DNA of 64,000 nt from Desulfobacteraceae bacterium. GTDB taxonomy: Bacteria > Desulfobacterota > Syntrophobacteria > Syntrophobacterales > Syntrophobacteraceae. The notes beneath the pieces are model-generated. The model saw nothing but the letters and a program-made list of their open reading frames with translations. It searched no databases and was not told where the DNA came from. This document shows, in pieces, positions 46,951 to 56,359 of this stretch (within the stretch, counting starts at the first letter, position 1; each line of letters begins with the position of its first letter). The DNA is taken from assembly GCA_021372055.1 (NCBI GenBank), contig JAJFVB010000240.1, positions 505 to 64,504 of the forward strand. Direction: 5' to 3'. The translations under genes and the position numbers were made by a program.

Positions 46951-48249
46951 TCAATGGCTGGCAAGAAACCTTGGCCATTTGTACGTCAGCTCAGCCCAGG
47001 TGCGAAAGCGTTCGACATGAGACTCGTTACCGTTTATGCCCCCGAAGTTCTTATCGGTTTCATGCTCGTAGGAGCCCGCGAACGTGATGACCAAGGACTC
47101 GGAGATGTCTCTTTGAATTGCCGGGCACAACCGGTAATACGTGATCTCCTCGCTTCCGTTCGCATTTTGCGAGTTCATGTCGTATTTCGCATCGAAGAGT
47201 ACCGACGTCAGTTCCGAAAGCCTGTATTTTCCCGATCCCCGAAATGAGGTTTTCTCAAAACTCCGCGCATTTACATCGCTATATTCTTCCATGTTGGCGG
47301 AAACCGTGGTTGTGAAACGTTCCGTCCAGTCCTTCTTTACCTCGGCCATAAAGACCGGGCTCGAATCATCGGAATTTACCTTAATCGAAGTAAAAAGAGG
47401 GGGGGGATAGGAGTTGATTCCAAGTTCCCGATGATTGGCGGAAGTATACTGGTATCCCGCTCCGAACTTAAAACTGAGGGTTTCGCTTAGAAGTCTTTGA
47501 AAATAGAGCATCTCCGAAAACGTGCTGATATCGGCCTGGTTGGAATAGCCCGGGAGCGTATTGACATTGTTCGAGTAGTCGGCATAGACGTAAGAGCTGC
47601 TCAGGCCAATGCTGTCCCTGTGACTGAGCGACCAGACGGGAGTCAGGTTCGCCTGAAAGGTGGTTTGGTCCTGGAGAAGCCCGGAAGGATAAGTCGTAAG
47701 GCCCACCGCGGCGCGGGCCTGTAAAAAGAGCGGTTCCGTCAGGGCATATTTGCCGCCAAACCCCAGATCATAGTGAAAACGTTCCGTCCTGACCGTGGTG
47801 ATACCAGATTTTTCAACCTGATCATCAAGCGTCCAGTCGTGAATGAATCCGAAGTTGGCGTCCGTTGACAATCTCGGAGACCATAGATAGCTGACCGAAG
47901 CCTTGGTATCCGTATTGATGGTATCGTAGTGAGGATTGTTGACGTATTTCTGCCCCTGTGTAACCGTATCGATCTTTATCTTTGTCCGTTCGCTTTCACC
48001 GGATACCGAAATTATAGGAGTCAGATTGGTTATAAAATCCGATTTGCTCGAACCTGCAGGCGTCCTCGAGCTAAAGCGGACATTGCTGTCATACATTTCC
48101 GAAAGTGTTACCGAAGGGGTGAGAGACCAGTCAATCGCAAAAGCGCTCCCGATGGGGAGAAAGGCAAGGAAGGCACTGAAAAGAATCAGGAATTTGGTCG
48201 GAAAGAGGGCATACTTCCACCTGCCGGAATACCCATACAGCGGTATCAT
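46951..48249 (-). CDS. Outer-membrane beta-barrel protein of PEP-CTERM/EPS loci (uncharacterised family)
   Basis: Signal peptide FLILFSAFLAFLPIGSAFA. Alternating amphipathic beta-strand pattern rich in Y/S/T/N throughout. Its position at the head of the minus-strand arm is as in other exosortase loci. Confidence 0.7.
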   Translation of the reverse strand: MIPLYGYSGRWKYALFPTKFLILFSAFLAFLPIGSAFAIDWSLTPSVTLSEMYDSNVRFSSRTPAGSSKSDFITNLTPIISVSGESERTKIKIDTVTQGQKYVNNPHYDTINTDTKASVSYLWSPRLSTDANFGFIHDWTLDDQVEKSGITTVRTERFHYDLGFGGKYALTEPLFLQARAAVGLTTYPSGLLQDQTTFQANLTPVWSLSHRDSIGLSSSYVYADYSNNVNTLPGYSNQADISTFSEMLYFQRLLSETLSFKFGAGYQYTSANHRELGINSYPPPLFTSIKVNSDDSSPVFMAEVKKDWTERFTTTVSANMEEYSDVNARSFEKTSFRGSGKYRLSELTSVLFDAKYDMNSQNANGSEEITYYRLCPAIQRDISESLVITFAGSYEHETDKNFGGINGNESHVERFRTWAELTYKWPRFLASH

Positions 48250-48446
48250 GTGATCCCCCTCCATTTCGAAGATGCCAGCGGGCTCCCCTATTCCCTCAAA
48301 AAATTAATGCTTTAGCCCCTATTTCCCACTGCTGATCAAATACACCTTAATCTATTTAAATAGCGAATACAAATGTTTTTTGTCCCGGAAATCTTTGAGA
48401 TTCAGCAACTTCGGGGACGAAATCCCCTGCCCCTTTTTCCGCCGCT

Positions 48447-48481
48447 ATAAATAAAAAGGGGGCCTCAACATCTGAGGCCCC
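48447..48481 (-). terminator. Rho-independent terminator downstream of the lipoprotein gene
   Basis: The minus strand reads ggggcctcagatgttgaggcccc followed by ctttttatttat: a 9-bp GC-rich stem plus a T-run, about 30 nt after the stop at 48512. Confidence 0.75.
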
Positions 48482-48511
48482 TGCCGTTTGCAGGACAAAC
48501 GCGGACAAATC

Positions 48512-49153
48512 TTATCTTACGGGAGGAAGACTCTGGAGCATTCTGGAGACCTGCATATCCACGACGCGCTGCACGTCATACGGCGGAACGTTTGCCAGAT
48601 CCACCAAGGCGCTCGACGACGAAGCCGTGCCATCCCTGAAGCTTTGCGTGGAGATGTCGACCCTCACCATGGCGGCATCCGCCGGAGCCACCAACCCCAA
48701 TGCGGCACCGCTGCCGGCACCTATCGCCGCCCCCTGACCGGGACTGCCGAGAGCCCCCCCTATGATTGCTCCCGTGGCCGCACCAAGCAATGCACCGCCC
48801 ACGACGTTTCCCGCCCTCGCTTCGGGATTATCCCGCGCCGTGGCGAAAAAGGAGATATTCAGGCCGAAATCGGCTTCGCGCTCCCGTCGAACCAGGTCAT
48901 ACCCCTTTTCATACAGGAGATTTTGCGACTGAGGCAGATTTTGCAGCCCGAAAGGCGTCCTGTCATCAATGCGCACAATATAGAAACGATCCTGGAGTCC
49001 TACCATCAAAGGGGCTCCCCCGGACGGTCCGACCTGCGAAGGAGCTGACGTAACGCTGTAGTAGGGAGCCGGGGTGCCTGCCACACAACCGGCGAGGAGA
49101 GCCAGGGCAAGAGCAACTCCGAATGTCTTGCACGTCCACGACAAAGCTTTCAT
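48512..49153 (-). CDS. Lipoprotein with glycine-zipper segment
   Basis: Lipobox LALLAGC. GGALLGAATGAIIGGALGSPGQGAAIGAGSGAALG glycine-zipper. GAGGAG RBS. Confidence 0.7.
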   Translation of the reverse strand: MKALSWTCKTFGVALALALLAGCVAGTPAPYYSVTSAPSQVGPSGGAPLMVGLQDRFYIVRIDDRTPFGLQNLPQSQNLLYEKGYDLVRREREADFGLNISFFATARDNPEARAGNVVGGALLGAATGAIIGGALGSPGQGAAIGAGSGAALGLVAPADAAMVRVDISTQSFRDGTASSSSALVDLANVPPYDVQRVVDMQVSRMLQSLPPVR

Positions 49154-49481
49154 GAGAAACTCCTCGAGTAAATGGATATAGATGGTTGGTCAACGGAATT
49201 TAGCCAATGAATAGCAGCAATACCTCCTCTTTTCAACAGAGATTATTCGCAGCGTTTTCCCCTGGGTTTTTTGCGGCCGACTTTCGCCATCAAATGTACG
49301 GATAATGACCTGTTTTGTCAGTCTCAAAGCTATCGTGAAAATGTAATATGCTGCATGGACCTTCTAGCAAATCCACCGTTGCCCCCGGGAAAAAAGACTA
49401 TTATGCTTTATCCATGCGGCATCAATTTTCACCGCGTAAATTTCGGCTTCCCCTTAGCGTCCTCTCGACCGGAGGTTGCCA

Positions 49482-50456
49482 ATGAATAAGGTAAGACTGG
49501 GCGTAAGCGCCTGTCTTCTGGGCCAGCCCGTGCGCTACGACGGGAGCCACAAGCTGGACACGATCCTTGCCGACATACTCGGCCCCTTTGCGGATTATGT
49601 ACCCGTTTGCCCCGAAGTCGAGTGCGGTCTTCCCGTACCGAGGGAACCTATGCACCTGGAAGGAAGCATCGCTTCTCCGAGGCTCGTCGTCACCCGAACC
49701 CGCCTTGACCTTACCGAAAAGATCCTGTCCTGGACCGGGCGGCATCTGAAGCAACTCGAAAGGGAAAACCTTTGGGGGTTCATTTTCAAGAGCAATTCTC
49801 CCAGTTGCGGAATAGAGCGGGTCAGGATTAGCTCGCCGGAGGGATCTTCCGGAGATGCGGGGGCAGGCATTTTCGCAGCTGAGTTCATGAAGCGCTTTCC
49901 CACGGTGCCCGTTGAGGATGAACGCGGGCTCCGGGACCGGGGAGCATGGGAAACCTTCATGGAACGCGTATTCATCTTCTCGCGCTGGAGGGAACTTCTC
50001 GCAAGCGGCGGGGATCTTGCCGCGCTTATCGACTTCCATAGCCGCCACAAGCTCATATTCATGGCCCACAGTCCAAAGCACTACAGACTGCTCGGCCGGC
50101 TGGTCGGCACAGGCGGGGAAATATCTCCAAAGAAACTCTTTCATGAATACTTCACATTTATGGCGGAAGCTCTGAGCTTGAGGGCAACCCCGAGCAAGAA
50201 CGCCAACGTGTTGCAGCATCTTGCCGGCTACTTCAAGAAGGTACTCTCACACGAGGAGAAAAGCGAACTTCAGGAACTCATTTCCCAATATCATGCGGGT
50301 CGCATTCCCCTTCCCATCCCGATAGCCCTCATCAACCACTATGTGAGGAAATACGATCAGCCCTACCTGCGATCTCAATACTACCTCAATCCTCACCCGG
50401 TAGAGCTGAGACTGCGAAATCACGCCCGGCATTCGGCGTCACAGCCGAGTGAGTAG
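49482..50456 (+). CDS. DUF523 (TudS/YbbK-like) - DUF1722 (YbgA-like) fusion protein
   Basis: LGVSACLLGQPVRYDGSHK and VPVCPEVECGL (DUF523 Cys motifs). The C-terminal half matches the DUF1722 pattern (FHSRHKLIFMAHSPKHY). GGAGG precedes ATG 49482. Confidence 0.8.
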   Translation: MNKVRLGVSACLLGQPVRYDGSHKLDTILADILGPFADYVPVCPEVECGLPVPREPMHLEGSIASPRLVVTRTRLDLTEKILSWTGRHLKQLERENLWGFIFKSNSPSCGIERVRISSPEGSSGDAGAGIFAAEFMKRFPTVPVEDERGLRDRGAWETFMERVFIFSRWRELLASGGDLAALIDFHSRHKLIFMAHSPKHYRLLGRLVGTGGEISPKKLFHEYFTFMAEALSLRATPSKNANVLQHLAGYFKKVLSHEEKSELQELISQYHAGRIPLPIPIALINHYVRKYDQPYLRSQYYLNPHPVELRLRNHARHSASQPSE

Positions 50457-50524
50457 ACGCCCCCCCCCCGTGGAAGAGCGCATCCATTGCCATGACAAGC
50501 CGAGGCGATACCGCATCATTTCGG

Positions 50525-50564
50525 CAAAAAAGAGAAGGCGAAACACGAGTGTTCCGCCTTCTCT
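50525..50564 (-). terminator. Rho-independent terminator after sdhB
   Basis: The minus strand reads agagaaggcggaacactcgtgtttcgccttctct followed by tttttgcc: a 10-bp stem plus a T-run, about 45 nt after the stop at 50608. Confidence 0.7.
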
Positions 50565-50607
50565 ATGGTAAGCGTCTTGCGAAGACGCCGGGTTTTCAGA
50601 GCAAATA

Positions 50608-51363
50608 CTATTTGCCCGGCATTACAGCCTTGAACAGGTGCTTGACCTGCGAGAAGCCCATCTTCCGGCGCAGCACACCCAGCTGATCCTGGAGAGGAAT
50701 CTTCTTGGGGCACATGTCTTCGCAGCCGAGGAGTCCGAGACATCCGAAGATGCCGTCCTCGTTTCCGACGACCTCGAAATACTGGTCATTCGTCCTTTCA
50801 TCACGCGGGTCCATCATGAACCGAGCCACGCGGTTGAAAGCAGTGGCCCCCATGAAGCCCTCGGGCAGCATGTTGGCCTTGCCGCACGCCGCAACGCAGC
50901 AGCCGCATTCAATGCACCGTTCGAGTTCGTAAATCTCGTCGGCCAGCGCATTATCCATGCGTTCTTCCGGAGCATGCGGCTCGAAAGTCTTCCTCGTGTG
51001 AACCCACGACTGAACTTTTTCGTTCATGCCGCGGAACCACGTTCCGGTGTCGACCGAAAGATCCCCGATCAGCTTGAAGACCGGCATGGGCATCAGGGTG
51101 ATTTCGCTGGGCAGCTTTTTCGTTTTCGTGTGGCATGCAAGATCGGGCTTCCCATTGATCATCATGGCACAGGATCCGCAAATACCGGCGCGACACATGA
51201 AGTCGAACATGAGTGCGGGGTCCTGCTCTTCCCGGATGCGGTTGAGAGCAATATAAAGGGTCATTGCGTCGGTTTCCTCGAGGTAAAACGTATCCATGCG
51301 CGGAACCGCAGCCGTGTCCTCCGGGTTAAATCTAAAAATATTGAACTTAAGTGTCCGTCCCAT
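50608..51363 (-). CDS. sdhB: Succinate dehydrogenase/fumarate reductase iron-sulfur subunit
   Basis: 2Fe-2S motif CRAGICGSC. CIECGCCVAAC and CLGLLGCEDMCP cluster motifs. 251 aa. Confidence 0.9.
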   Translation of the reverse strand: MGRTLKFNIFRFNPEDTAAVPRMDTFYLEETDAMTLYIALNRIREEQDPALMFDFMCRAGICGSCAMMINGKPDLACHTKTKKLPSEITLMPMPVFKLIGDLSVDTGTWFRGMNEKVQSWVHTRKTFEPHAPEERMDNALADEIYELERCIECGCCVAACGKANMLPEGFMGATAFNRVARFMMDPRDERTNDQYFEVVGNEDGIFGCLGLLGCEDMCPKKIPLQDQLGVLRRKMGFSQVKHLFKAVMPGK

Positions 51364-51383
51364 TCAAACACCTCTCGCTTCGC

Positions 51384-53243
51384 TTAGTTGGTTTCCGGCT
51401 TTGGAGTACAAATCTCGGGATCCTCGGTGCAGATGATCTTCGATGAACCGTATCCTCTTTCACCAGGCGGAAGTTCCCAAACCTTGGAAGGCTTTTCGTA
51501 TTCCAGCGTTGGGAGCGTATCGTCTTCGCTCTTCCAGTAGGCCAGGGTGCGCTTCAACCAGTCTCTGTCATTGCGTTCCGGATAGTCTTCGCGAGCATGC
51601 GCTCCGCGGCTTTCCGTACGCATCAACGCTCCATACGCCGTACACAGCGCAAGCCGGACCATTCCGGGCATACGAAGCGCCATGGAAAGTTCCGGGTTGG
51701 CTCCAACCGGTTTCGACGAGAGCCCGATCCTCTTGGCCCTGTCGTAGATCACCTGGAGATTGTCGACGGCCTTCTGCAGTTCCGCCCCGGTCCGGAAGAC
51801 GGCAACCCGATCCATGAGTTCGTCACCCATGGCAGCCTTGATCTCATAGACATTTTCTTTGCCGTTCTTGCCGCTGACGAGGTTGTTGATTTTTTCCTGC
51901 TGCTTCTTGACCTCGGCCTGGATAATGGAGGTCTTGAAATCCACTTCATAGCCCTGCAGGAATTCGGATATCTTCTCACCGACGATTCTTCCAGCCACGA
52001 TCGTTTCAGCCAAGGAGTTGCCACCAAGACGGTTGAACCCGTGCATATCCCAGCACGCAGCCTCGCCCGCAGCGTACAAGCCCTTGAGCCCGTAAGCCGC
52101 GCCGTCCTTGTTGGTGCGAACACCACCCATGCTGTAATGGTGGGCGGGACGGACCGGGATCATCTGCGTAATCGGGTCGACATCGAGGAACTCGTTGCAG
52201 ATTTCCTCGACTTCGCGAAGCTTCGTCTTGATGTGATGAGCGCCCAGATGGCGGATGTCCAACCACAGGTGTGGACCATAGGGGCTCGGAACGCCCTTCC
52301 CAAGGCGCATATGATGAGTCATCCAGCGGGAAACAACGTCGCGCGACGCAAGTTCCTGTTTGCCCGGCTCATAGATGTGCATGAACCGTTCCCCATTGAC
52401 GTCTTTGAGTGTGCCGCCGTCACCACGGCAGCCTTCCGTTACGAGGATGTTGGTCGGCACAATACCGGTCGGATGGAACTGCACAGCTTCCGGGTTTCCG
52501 AAGGGAACGATCCCGGTATCGAGCGTAACAATCGTGCCGTCGCCGTTATTGATCACGCAATTTGTCGTTTCGCGATATATCCGGCCGTATCCGCCTGTTG
52601 CGATCAGGGTCGCCTTGGCGAGATAGACACGCAGCTTGCCGGTCTTCAGGCAGCGTGCGACAACGCCCATGCAAGTCTGGCCGTCATGGATGAGCGACAG
52701 CACTTCCACACGGTCGTGGACGGTTACACCCAGATGGACGACTTCGTTGTCCATGGTGAAAAGAAGCGTGTGGCCGGTGCCATCAGAGGTGTAGCACGTC
52801 CGCCATTTGGCCGTGCCGCCGAAATCGCGGGCCGTGATCATGCCCTCCATTTCCCTCTTTTCAATCTTTTCGTATTCCTTGCCCGCTTTGTAGTAAATGC
52901 CCTTTCCAGGCACCACGCGGTTCCAGGGAATACCCCAGAAGGCCATTTCCCGCACCGCGACCGGCGCCGTCTCCGCAAAAAGACGCGCGACTTCCTGGTC
53001 GCAACCCCAGTCGGAGCCTTTGACCGTATCGGCAAAGTGCACATCAGGGCAGTCGCCTTCGCCTTTACAGCAGTTTCCAAGCGATGCCTGCATGCCGCCC
53101 TGGGCGGCCGAAGAGTGGGAACGTCTCGGCGGAACAATGCTGAGACAGATGGTCTCAAAACCTGCTGAGGCCGCTGCAACAGCCACTCGCTCGCCTGCCA
53201 AGCCCGCTCCGACGCACAAGAGATCAGTATAGAAGGTATCCAA
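51384..53243 (-). CDS. sdhA: Succinate dehydrogenase/fumarate reductase flavoprotein subunit
   Basis: FAD-binding LLCVGAGLAGERVA. HSSAAQGG (covalent FAD His). HPTG. RGAHARED near the C-terminus. TTG start 7 nt after AGGAG. Confidence 0.9.
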   Translation of the reverse strand: MDTFYTDLLCVGAGLAGERVAVAAASAGFETICLSIVPPRRSHSSAAQGGMQASLGNCCKGEGDCPDVHFADTVKGSDWGCDQEVARLFAETAPVAVREMAFWGIPWNRVVPGKGIYYKAGKEYEKIEKREMEGMITARDFGGTAKWRTCYTSDGTGHTLLFTMDNEVVHLGVTVHDRVEVLSLIHDGQTCMGVVARCLKTGKLRVYLAKATLIATGGYGRIYRETTNCVINNGDGTIVTLDTGIVPFGNPEAVQFHPTGIVPTNILVTEGCRGDGGTLKDVNGERFMHIYEPGKQELASRDVVSRWMTHHMRLGKGVPSPYGPHLWLDIRHLGAHHIKTKLREVEEICNEFLDVDPITQMIPVRPAHHYSMGGVRTNKDGAAYGLKGLYAAGEAACWDMHGFNRLGGNSLAETIVAGRIVGEKISEFLQGYEVDFKTSIIQAEVKKQQEKINNLVSGKNGKENVYEIKAAMGDELMDRVAVFRTGAELQKAVDNLQVIYDRAKRIGLSSKPVGANPELSMALRMPGMVRLALCTAYGALMRTESRGAHAREDYPERNDRDWLKRTLAYWKSEDDTLPTLEYEKPSKVWELPPGERGYGSSKIICTEDPEICTPKPETN

Positions 53244-53254
53244 TTTTCAGCTCC

Positions 53255-53920
53255 TTACATTGCTTTGACTAAGAAGAAGAAGGTGAACAACGTCACTAAA
53301 CCAATCCCAATCATGATCACAGTGAGCTTGTTCTCGAAGCCGTGCAGCACTTTTCGATTGGCCCTCTTGATGTAGCCCCATTTTACGCCTATCCTGTAGA
53401 TGCCGATGCCGACATGCAGCTCAATCATCGGGAGCAGGAAAAGGTAGAAAAGAAGCCACCATCCGCCCTGAATCCTATGGGCGCTCTTTGCCGCGGTGAT
53501 CGGCAGGTCGGTAAGGACCGTCCACATGTGGATGCAGCCCATAATCAGGATAATGAATGCGGTTACCGCCTGAATTATCCACAGCCAGGTATCGGTGTGG
53601 TTGAAATTGACGGTATGCCGCCACATCGCCTTCTGCTCACGGGCGCGGAAGGGGAGCTTGCGGGCGGCCAGCACAAAATGGAACACCATTGTCAGAGCAA
53701 TCAGCGGGCCACCGAGCTGTGCCATATACGTGGCTTCGAAGAAGTAGGCAATGAGGTTCATTACCCGGCCTCCTCCGAGGTCAAGGTTGACACTAGCTAC
53801 CAGAATCATATGGCACCACATGAACGCCACGAGCCCGACTCCGGTAAGCATTTGGAGGAAATCCAAATACGCCTCAGTTCGTACAGGTTCTACTCGAGCA
53901 ATTGTTTGATCCGCCATCAT
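53255..53920 (-). CDS. sdhC: Succinate dehydrogenase/fumarate reductase cytochrome b subunit (single large 5-TM subunit)
   Basis: 221 aa with five hydrophobic helices and conserved His residues (WCHMIL, MVFHFV, CIHMW, IELHVGIG). First gene of the C-A-B order. AGGAG RBS. Confidence 0.8.
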   Translation of the reverse strand: MMADQTIARVEPVRTEAYLDFLQMLTGVGLVAFMWCHMILVASVNLDLGGGRVMNLIAYFFEATYMAQLGGPLIALTMVFHFVLAARKLPFRAREQKAMWRHTVNFNHTDTWLWIIQAVTAFIILIMGCIHMWTVLTDLPITAAKSAHRIQGGWWLLFYLFLLPMIELHVGIGIYRIGVKWGYIKRANRKVLHGFENKLTVIMIGIGLVTLFTFFFLVKAM

Positions 53921-54618
53921 CTGTCTGTAACTCCTGAATAGCTGTTGTGAAGTGGGTTTGAAAGAAACTTGGGTTCGCGCGTATCATTGAGGAAATGACA
54001 AATCGGCCAAAAAGTCAAGTACTTTTTATCACAACTATTAGCGGATCGAGAGCCGGGATTTAGTCTTCATCCCCGCAGCCACTCCTGCTTTGACATTCCT
54101 ATAGAGCAGCCGCTCTTCTAAGCTTCGGGAATGAGCGTTTTCCATCGGTTTGCATAATACGTTGTAACAACTCCATTTTCGATAAAAGCGGAAGGATCGA
54201 ATACACATTATTATGTGCATATTTTCTTTTGAATTACCCAGAAGTGCTCGAATCCGCGCGCATAAGATTTGCACAATCCACAGCCAGGGCACGCATTTGG
54301 GTGCGCTGCCGTCCATGCGAATGCACCGGCCGGCACCCGCTACGCACCCTATGCGGATATCCATTTCGCCGGCTCTTTTCCGGGGACTGCCACAGCTCAG
54401 TTCCGCAATGAAATTGGATGCTTCTCGGGAAACCATTTCTTTGAAAAACAGATTCGACAAAGGGCGTGCGAGGTTTGGCACAAAGCACAAACTCCGAGTG
54501 ATTTTTTTAGAAGGCGCACGCGGCAGGGGAGCCGGAATGATAACGCCCGGTCATCGGGAACTTCCCGGGCGCAAACGGCGGCCAGGATATGGCATGAACC
54601 CGTTTTTTTCGACTACTC

Positions 54619-54634
54619 TGGCATTGCACCTGCT
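54619..54634 (+). promoter_or_regulatory. Candidate sigma-54 (-24/-12) promoter
   Basis: tggcattgcacctgct against the consensus TGGCAC-N5-TTGC. The GG and GC elements are at correct spacing, with one mismatch in each half. It sits about 390 nt upstream of the CBS gene and just upstream of repeat C. A single motif match only. Confidence 0.25.
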
Positions 54635-54665
54635 TTCAGCGGAATTGGGAAAGTTGGGTATTCAT

Positions 54666-54873
54666 ACCAATGAGCGTTCAAGATGATGCCAGGCTTTCAG
54701 ACCGTGGGGAGCCTGCTCCCCACACCCCACACGCAGCTGCGCTGCTCATTTTGGCGCTTGCGGCGGGCCTGACGCGCGCGCGTAAGGCGGCGACAGAAAT
54801 CCCGAGGGGGCGCGGGGGAAATCATTTCCCCCGCTCTTTTCCATTTAGTTTTATCTTGAACGCAATTTCGTAT
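54666..54873 (+). repeat. Full-length copy C of the intergenic element
   Basis: Perfect 11-bp terminal inverted repeat gcgttcaagat (54674-54684) / atcttgaacgc (54853-54863). Hairpins at 54704-54723 and 54812-54834. Core near-identical to copies A and B. Confidence 0.85.
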
Positions 54874-55021
54874 CACAGGGGCGCGCATTTGGCTCAGCTT
54901 CGAAAACTGAGCGTTCTCCTTTGAATTCGCTACACAAACGGGCGGGAGAATGCTAAAAATTTATTGCCCCACCTTTCGTGAAGTTATCTGATCACCAGGC
55001 TATGCAACTTGGAGGTTACGG

Positions 55022-55714
55022 ATGCTTGTAAAGAACTGGATGACTAAGAACGTTGTCACGATAGAGCAGGACGACTCGATGCAACAGGCCTTGGCCCTCA
55101 TGAAGGAAAACGACATAGGAGTGCTTCCGGTAATGAATAGTGGGGTCATGGTCGGCATTGTTTCAGACACCGATCTGAAACGCGCTTCGGCATCCGATGC
55201 AACCATGCTCGACACGCATGAGTTGCTCTACCTGATCTCCAAGATCAAAATAAGCGAAATCATGACCAAAAAAGTCATCACCGTGCCGGAAGACTTCACC
55301 GTCGAGGAAACAGCCCAGGTGATGATGGAACACAACATATCGGCTGTCCCCGTTACGGATCAAAACGGCAAGCTCGTAGGGATCATCACCAGGCACGATC
55401 TGTTCAAGATTTTGATTTCCCTGAGCGGCCTCGGCAAACGGGGAATCCAGTTCGCTTTTCTCATCGACGACGTCTCCGGCTCCATAAAGAGCCTTACCGA
55501 TGTGATCCGCCGCTACGACGGCCGGATAGCCAGCATCCTGAGTTCCTACGAATATGCCCCTCCCGGCAAGCGGATCGTCTACATCCGGATCTATGAAGTC
55601 GACAGGTCCAGGCTCCCGGAACTTATCCAGGAATTCCGGGATAAGGGCACCCTGATCTACCTTGTCGATCACCGCCAGAACAAGCGAAAGATATACCACG
55701 ACATCATGGCCTGA
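55022..55714 (+). CDS. CBS-pair domain protein with C-terminal ACT-like domain (AcuB-like)
   Basis: MLVKNWMTKNVVTIEQDDSMQQAL...GVLPV and a second CBS repeat IMTKKVITVPEDFTVEE...SAVPV. GGAGG RBS. Confidence 0.8.
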   Translation: MLVKNWMTKNVVTIEQDDSMQQALALMKENDIGVLPVMNSGVMVGIVSDTDLKRASASDATMLDTHELLYLISKIKISEIMTKKVITVPEDFTVEETAQVMMEHNISAVPVTDQNGKLVGIITRHDLFKILISLSGLGKRGIQFAFLIDDVSGSIKSLTDVIRRYDGRIASILSSYEYAPPGKRIVYIRIYEVDRSRLPELIQEFRDKGTLIYLVDHRQNKRKIYHDIMA

Positions 55715-55740
55715 GAAGAAGCAGGCCTGCGTTTCTCCGC

Positions 55741-55779
55741 ACAAAAGACAAACGGTCCGCTCTGCCGGATCGTTTGTCT
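55741..55779 (-). terminator. Rho-independent terminator after the stand-alone REC gene
   Basis: The minus strand reads agacaaacgatccggcagagcggaccgtttgtct followed by tttgtgcgg: a 9-bp outer stem with an internal extension and a short T-run. Confidence 0.6.
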
Positions 55780-55834
55780 CCGCAGCCAAAGGCTTTTTCC
55801 GCTTCCCTTTCAGCAGGCGCCGCCCGATCTCACC

Positions 55835-56227
55835 TCACGCAAGTATCCCCCGAATGGTAACAAGGAGTTCTTCGGCCTCCGGCGGCTTTTCGATGTATGC
55901 GGCCGGTTCCGGGATCTTGACCCCTTCGAATTCATCCACGACTTTCTGGGAATGGAAAAAGGTCTTCTTGGACAGCGCCGACACCATAATGACCGGGATG
56001 TTCCTCATTTCCGGGTCCTTTTTCACTTCGCGGTACATGAAGATTCCGCTCTCCCTGGGCATCATGATATCCATGATTATCAAAGCCGGCTTTTCCTTTC
56101 GCGCCATCTCCAGCCCCTCACGCCCGTCCTTGGCCGTGACCGGCTTAAAGCCGCTGGTCTCCAGGAGCGTTGTCATAAACACTCGGATATCCTGCTCGTC
56201 ATCGACTACCAGTATTTTTTTCACCAT
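55835..56227 (-). CDS. Stand-alone response regulator receiver (CheY-like)
   Basis: MVKKILVVDDEQDIR, LIIMDIMMP, VIMVSAL, YIEKP. Complete REC signature with no output domain. Confidence 0.85.
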   Translation of the reverse strand: MVKKILVVDDEQDIRVFMTTLLETSGFKPVTAKDGREGLEMARKEKPALIIMDIMMPRESGIFMYREVKKDPEMRNIPVIMVSALSKKTFFHSQKVVDEFEGVKIPEPAAYIEKPPEAEELLVTIRGILA

Positions 56228-56359
56228 GTCCGAAACCCTCCAGGCCGGTCGGAAAATCGGGACCCCCACCGACGCTTTCTCGACTTATCGAATCAACGCC
56301 TCACATAAGGCCTTGTTGCCTCCAAGACATTCGTGCGCCCGGTTCAGCCGCGACCGGTA

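Noticed and set aside
47398-47405. Homopolymer tracts as phase-variation switches: G8 in the OMP gene, C9 at 11151-11159 in pfk, C10 at 50460-50469 after the DUF523 gene
   Set aside because: The coding tracts encode Pro or Gly runs in frame, and the third tract is non-coding. There is no evidence of length variation in a single sequence. This is worth a glance in population data only.
54038-54490. 150-aa minus-strand ORF upstream of sdhC
   Set aside because: No RBS, Cys/Arg-rich irregular composition, and several overlapping alternative frames of similar length. Probably non-coding.
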